A DNA stretch of 64,000 bases from Malacoraja senta (Eukaryota). The notes under the pieces were generated by a model. It did not search any database. It was not told the DNA's origin and saw only the letters and a list, made by a program, of their open reading frames with translations. Shown piece by piece: positions 61,118 to 64,000 of this stretch (position 1 is the first letter of the stretch; each line of letters opens with the position of its first letter). The translations under genes and the position numbers were made by a program. The stretch is taken from NCBI GenBank assembly GCA_038087875.1, contig CM075993.1, positions 11,286,001 to 11,350,000 of the forward strand, read 5' to 3'.

Positions 61118-61585
61118 TGACCCACCGTCCACACCGACCAGTGATCACCCCGTACAAAAGCACTATCCTACACACTATAGATAATTTTCAGAAGCCAATT
61201 AACCTACAAACCTGCACGTCTTTGGAGGATGGGAGGAAACTGGAGCACCCAGAGAAAACCCACGTAGTCATGTGGCAGATCGTACAAATTCTGTACCAAC
61301 AGCACCCGTAGTCAGGATCGAACCGGGTCTCTGGTGTTGTAAGGCTACCTCTGTGTCACCGTGTCGCCATGCAGAATGAACCGTTCCAGCTGCAGCCACA
61401 ACATGAACATCCTCATCTGTGGTATCACACATTGGCGGAGCCAGTCGCTCGGCCCAGAAACATGAGAAACATCGGCACTGTTTACTACAAGGGTGCAAGA
61501 GATGCTGGGGTGTAGAGGAGACAGCACAAAATAGACAGGCACACGTTCAGCAACGGGGACTGCCCTTGCCCATCGAGAAACTCAC

Positions 61586-61696
61586 CAGCCGAGATCAACA
61601 CGTAAGCGGAAAACAAGGCAATCTCATCCTCCACCAAGTGCAGCGCACACAGACTTTTGCCGGTTTCAAAGACAGAGTTGATCAAGTCATCACAAC
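61586..61696 (-). CDS. RORA: RAR-related orphan receptor (RORA-like) ligand-binding-domain exon, 111 nt
   Basis: Minus strand: CTTGTTCTGCAG|GTTGTGAT...TCGGCTG|GTGAGT, phase 1-1. (G)[36 protein letters not shown] versus recalled human [41 protein letters not shown]. Confidence 0.88.
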
Positions 61697-62588
61697 CTGC
61701 AGAACAAGAGATGAATGGACAATTAAATCATGCCTAGTGAATGACCTTTTCTTCAAAGCAGGCCTGATGCCCACTGTTTTTGCAGACTGGTGCAACTGTT
61801 GGAACTTCGGAAACCCCCCAAACAATCATTGCCAAGTAGGATTCGTCAATAGTATTTAAAATCCAGAGGCTGACCAATAGCAGAGAAGTCTGCTTGAAAC
61901 CATAAGTAACAGATTACTCCGCTCAAATAACCAAGAGTTACTGTGGCAAACCAGCCAGTGGGTTCAGGCCACTAGACCTGGTACAATTTGCAAATCTCCA
62001 CAAATTAGCGACCCACAAAATCTGAAAAAGGTTCCTGACCCAAAATATCACCCATCCCCTTTCTCTAGATTTACTCCAGCACTTTGTGTCCATCCACACA
62101 TTATTGATTGGTTTTGTGTAATCCAGTTTGCATCTCGCCCTTCACCACTTCTAGTCTTGTTAACAACTAGCTACATCGGTATATTGGTTATCCTTAAAAA
62201 GTTACGTATTTTTAAGCAATGGATTTTGCCCATTGTGGTGGACACTCCCTCGCCAGGACTCATGCATTGGATGAGAATGTACAAGGCATGATTACTAAGT
62301 ATGCAGATTACACTAAAGTGGGTGGTATCGTTGACAGCAAAGATGGTTGTCAAAAATTACAGCAGGATCTTGATCAGCTGGGCAAGTGGGCTGAAGAATG
62401 GTTAATGCAGTTTAATGCAGATAAGTAATGTTACATTTTGGGAAGTCAAACAAGGGCAGGACTTTCATAGTGTCCTGTGAAGTGTTCTAGAGTAGAGGGA
62501 TCCAGCAGTACAGGGATCCAGGAGTACAGCCACATATTTCCTGAAAGTGGTGTCACAGGTAGATAGAGTGGCCAAGAAGGCTTTCAGT

Positions 62589-63125
62589 TAGCATTGCCAA
62601 CTTTCTCACTCCCAAATAAGGGACAAACGGTGAAAATAAGGGACAATTTCACCACGGCAATTCGTTGACTGACTCGGCCGTGGCTGGGTGAATGATGAGT
62701 TGTCCCGGGTGCTGGACAGCACACAAAGCCCAGCCGGCGGGCCAGCTGAGGAGTTTTGGCCCGGGCCGCGCGACATTGCGCGTGACATCGCATGCAAAGT
62801 CTGGCACCCCATCCAACTCATGAACCGATGATCGGCCGTGAGAAGGAGGGGTGGTGGTGTCGGCGGTAAGTGAAGGTCCGAAGGTCGGACAGCTGGCCGG
62901 GCTGCCGACCAACCGGGCCACAGGCGAGGCTCTGCTGCTGCACTCCATGGGCTGCACTACGTCGGGACAGGTGAGGAGGGGCCAGACGCGGCGCACCGAC
63001 CCGACAGTCCCCTCGACCCGAGTAGTAGCAGTCAACTACGGGACAAGGGCGGTCCCGTATGAGACAAACCAATTCAGCCCAATATACGGGATGTCCCAGC
63101 CAATACGGAACAGTTGGCAACCCTT
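62589..63125. mobile_element. hAT-like non-autonomous element inserted in a CR1 (~62260-63410)
   Basis: Imperfect TIRs TAGCATTGCCAACT / AGTTGGCAACCCT with GGGACA subterminal repeats; the CR1 (KYADYTK...; [13 protein letters not shown]) continues on both sides. Confidence 0.7.
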
Positions 63126-63414
63126 CATCAATCAGGGTATTACATATAAGTTGGGATGTTATGTTACAAGATATTGGTGAGGCCACATTTGGAGTACTGT
63201 GTTCAGTTTTGGTCACCCTGCTATAGGTATGATGTTGTTAAGCTGGAAAGAGTGTAGAGAAGATTCATGAGAATGTTGCCAGGACTTGAGGGCCTTAGCT
63301 ATAAGGAGAGCTTGGGCAGGCTGGAACTTTATTCCTTGTGAGTGCAAGAGGCAGCGGGTTGATTGTATGGAGGGTATAAAATCACGAGGGGAATAGATAG
63401 AGTGAATATGAAGG

Positions 63415-64000
63415 GGATGATCACCTTGTTGATGAGTGTACTGGAGGTTCAGTAGTCAATGGGAATTAGAAGAACAAATTAGCCAGAAGCATACAAATTA
63501 GCCAGAAAAAGCAGCCTACCAGAGGACTGGGAGTCCAGCAGAGGAGGACAAAGGGCTTAATTGGGAAAGGGAAAATAGATTATGAAGGAAAACTGGCAGG
63601 GAACATAAAAACTGACTGCAAAAGTTTTTATAGATATGTGAAGAGAAAAAGATTAGTTAAAACAAATGTAGGTCCCTTGCAGTCAGAAACGGGTGAATTG
63701 ATCATGGGGAACAAGGACATGGCAGACCAATTGAATAACTACTTTGGTTCTGTCTTCACTTAGGAAGACATAAATAATCTGCCGGAAATAGCAGGCGACC
63801 GGGGGTCAAATGAGATGGAGGAACTGAGTGAAATCCAGGTTAGTCGGGAAGTGGTGTTAGGTAAATTGAATGGATTAAAGGCCGATAAATCCCCAGGGCC
63901 AGATAGGCTACTTCTCAGAGTACTTAAGGAAGTAGCCCCAGAAACAGTGGATGCATTAGTGATAATTATTCAAAACTCTTTAGATTCTGGAGTAGTTCCT
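63415..64000 (+). mobile_element. CR1 ORF2 internal region (upstream of RT), runs off the window
   Basis: KIDYEGKLAGNIKTDCKSFYRYVKRKR...MADQLNNYFGSVFT*...LKADKSPGPD...VLKEVA. Confidence 0.9.

Noticed and set aside
61419..61859. 146-aa plus-strand ORF in unique sequence
   Set aside because: No recognisable motif; it is the antisense of the RORA exon and its flanks.

Overview
Eukaryotic, repeat-dense DNA, almost certainly from an elasmobranch (skate/ray/shark), judged from HE1-type V-SINEs and CR1/HER1 LINEs. It contains the last two coding exons of ICE2 (NARG2) on +, whose terminal exon carries a 13x PAQPSQKQG coding minisatellite followed by an SV40-type NLS. It also contains a divergent ANXA2 gene on +: a candidate promoter and non-coding exon near 31.6 kb, and nine coding exons from 41073 to 60362, the last cut by a 200-N gap. 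Just beyond the gap is a 111-nt RORA ligand-binding-domain exon on the opposite strand, which conflicts with the usual co-oriented RORA-ICE2-ANXA2 order. Mobile DNA includes a truncated Gypsy LTR element, many CR1 and L2 fragments, HE1 SINEs, PIF/Harbinger MITEs that re-use the same target sites, hAT elements and a Penelope GIY-YIG fragment. The most striking non-coding signal is a family of roughly 25 short Penelope-derived repeats carrying a minimal hammerhead-ribozyme core (CTGAAGAAGGGTCTCGACCCGAAACGTC). These are often arranged as palindromic pairs; one pair has a 14-bp target-site duplication and several copies lie in the putative ICE2 3' UTR. Gene identifications rest on my recall of the human proteins and were not database-checked; repeat boundaries are approximate.
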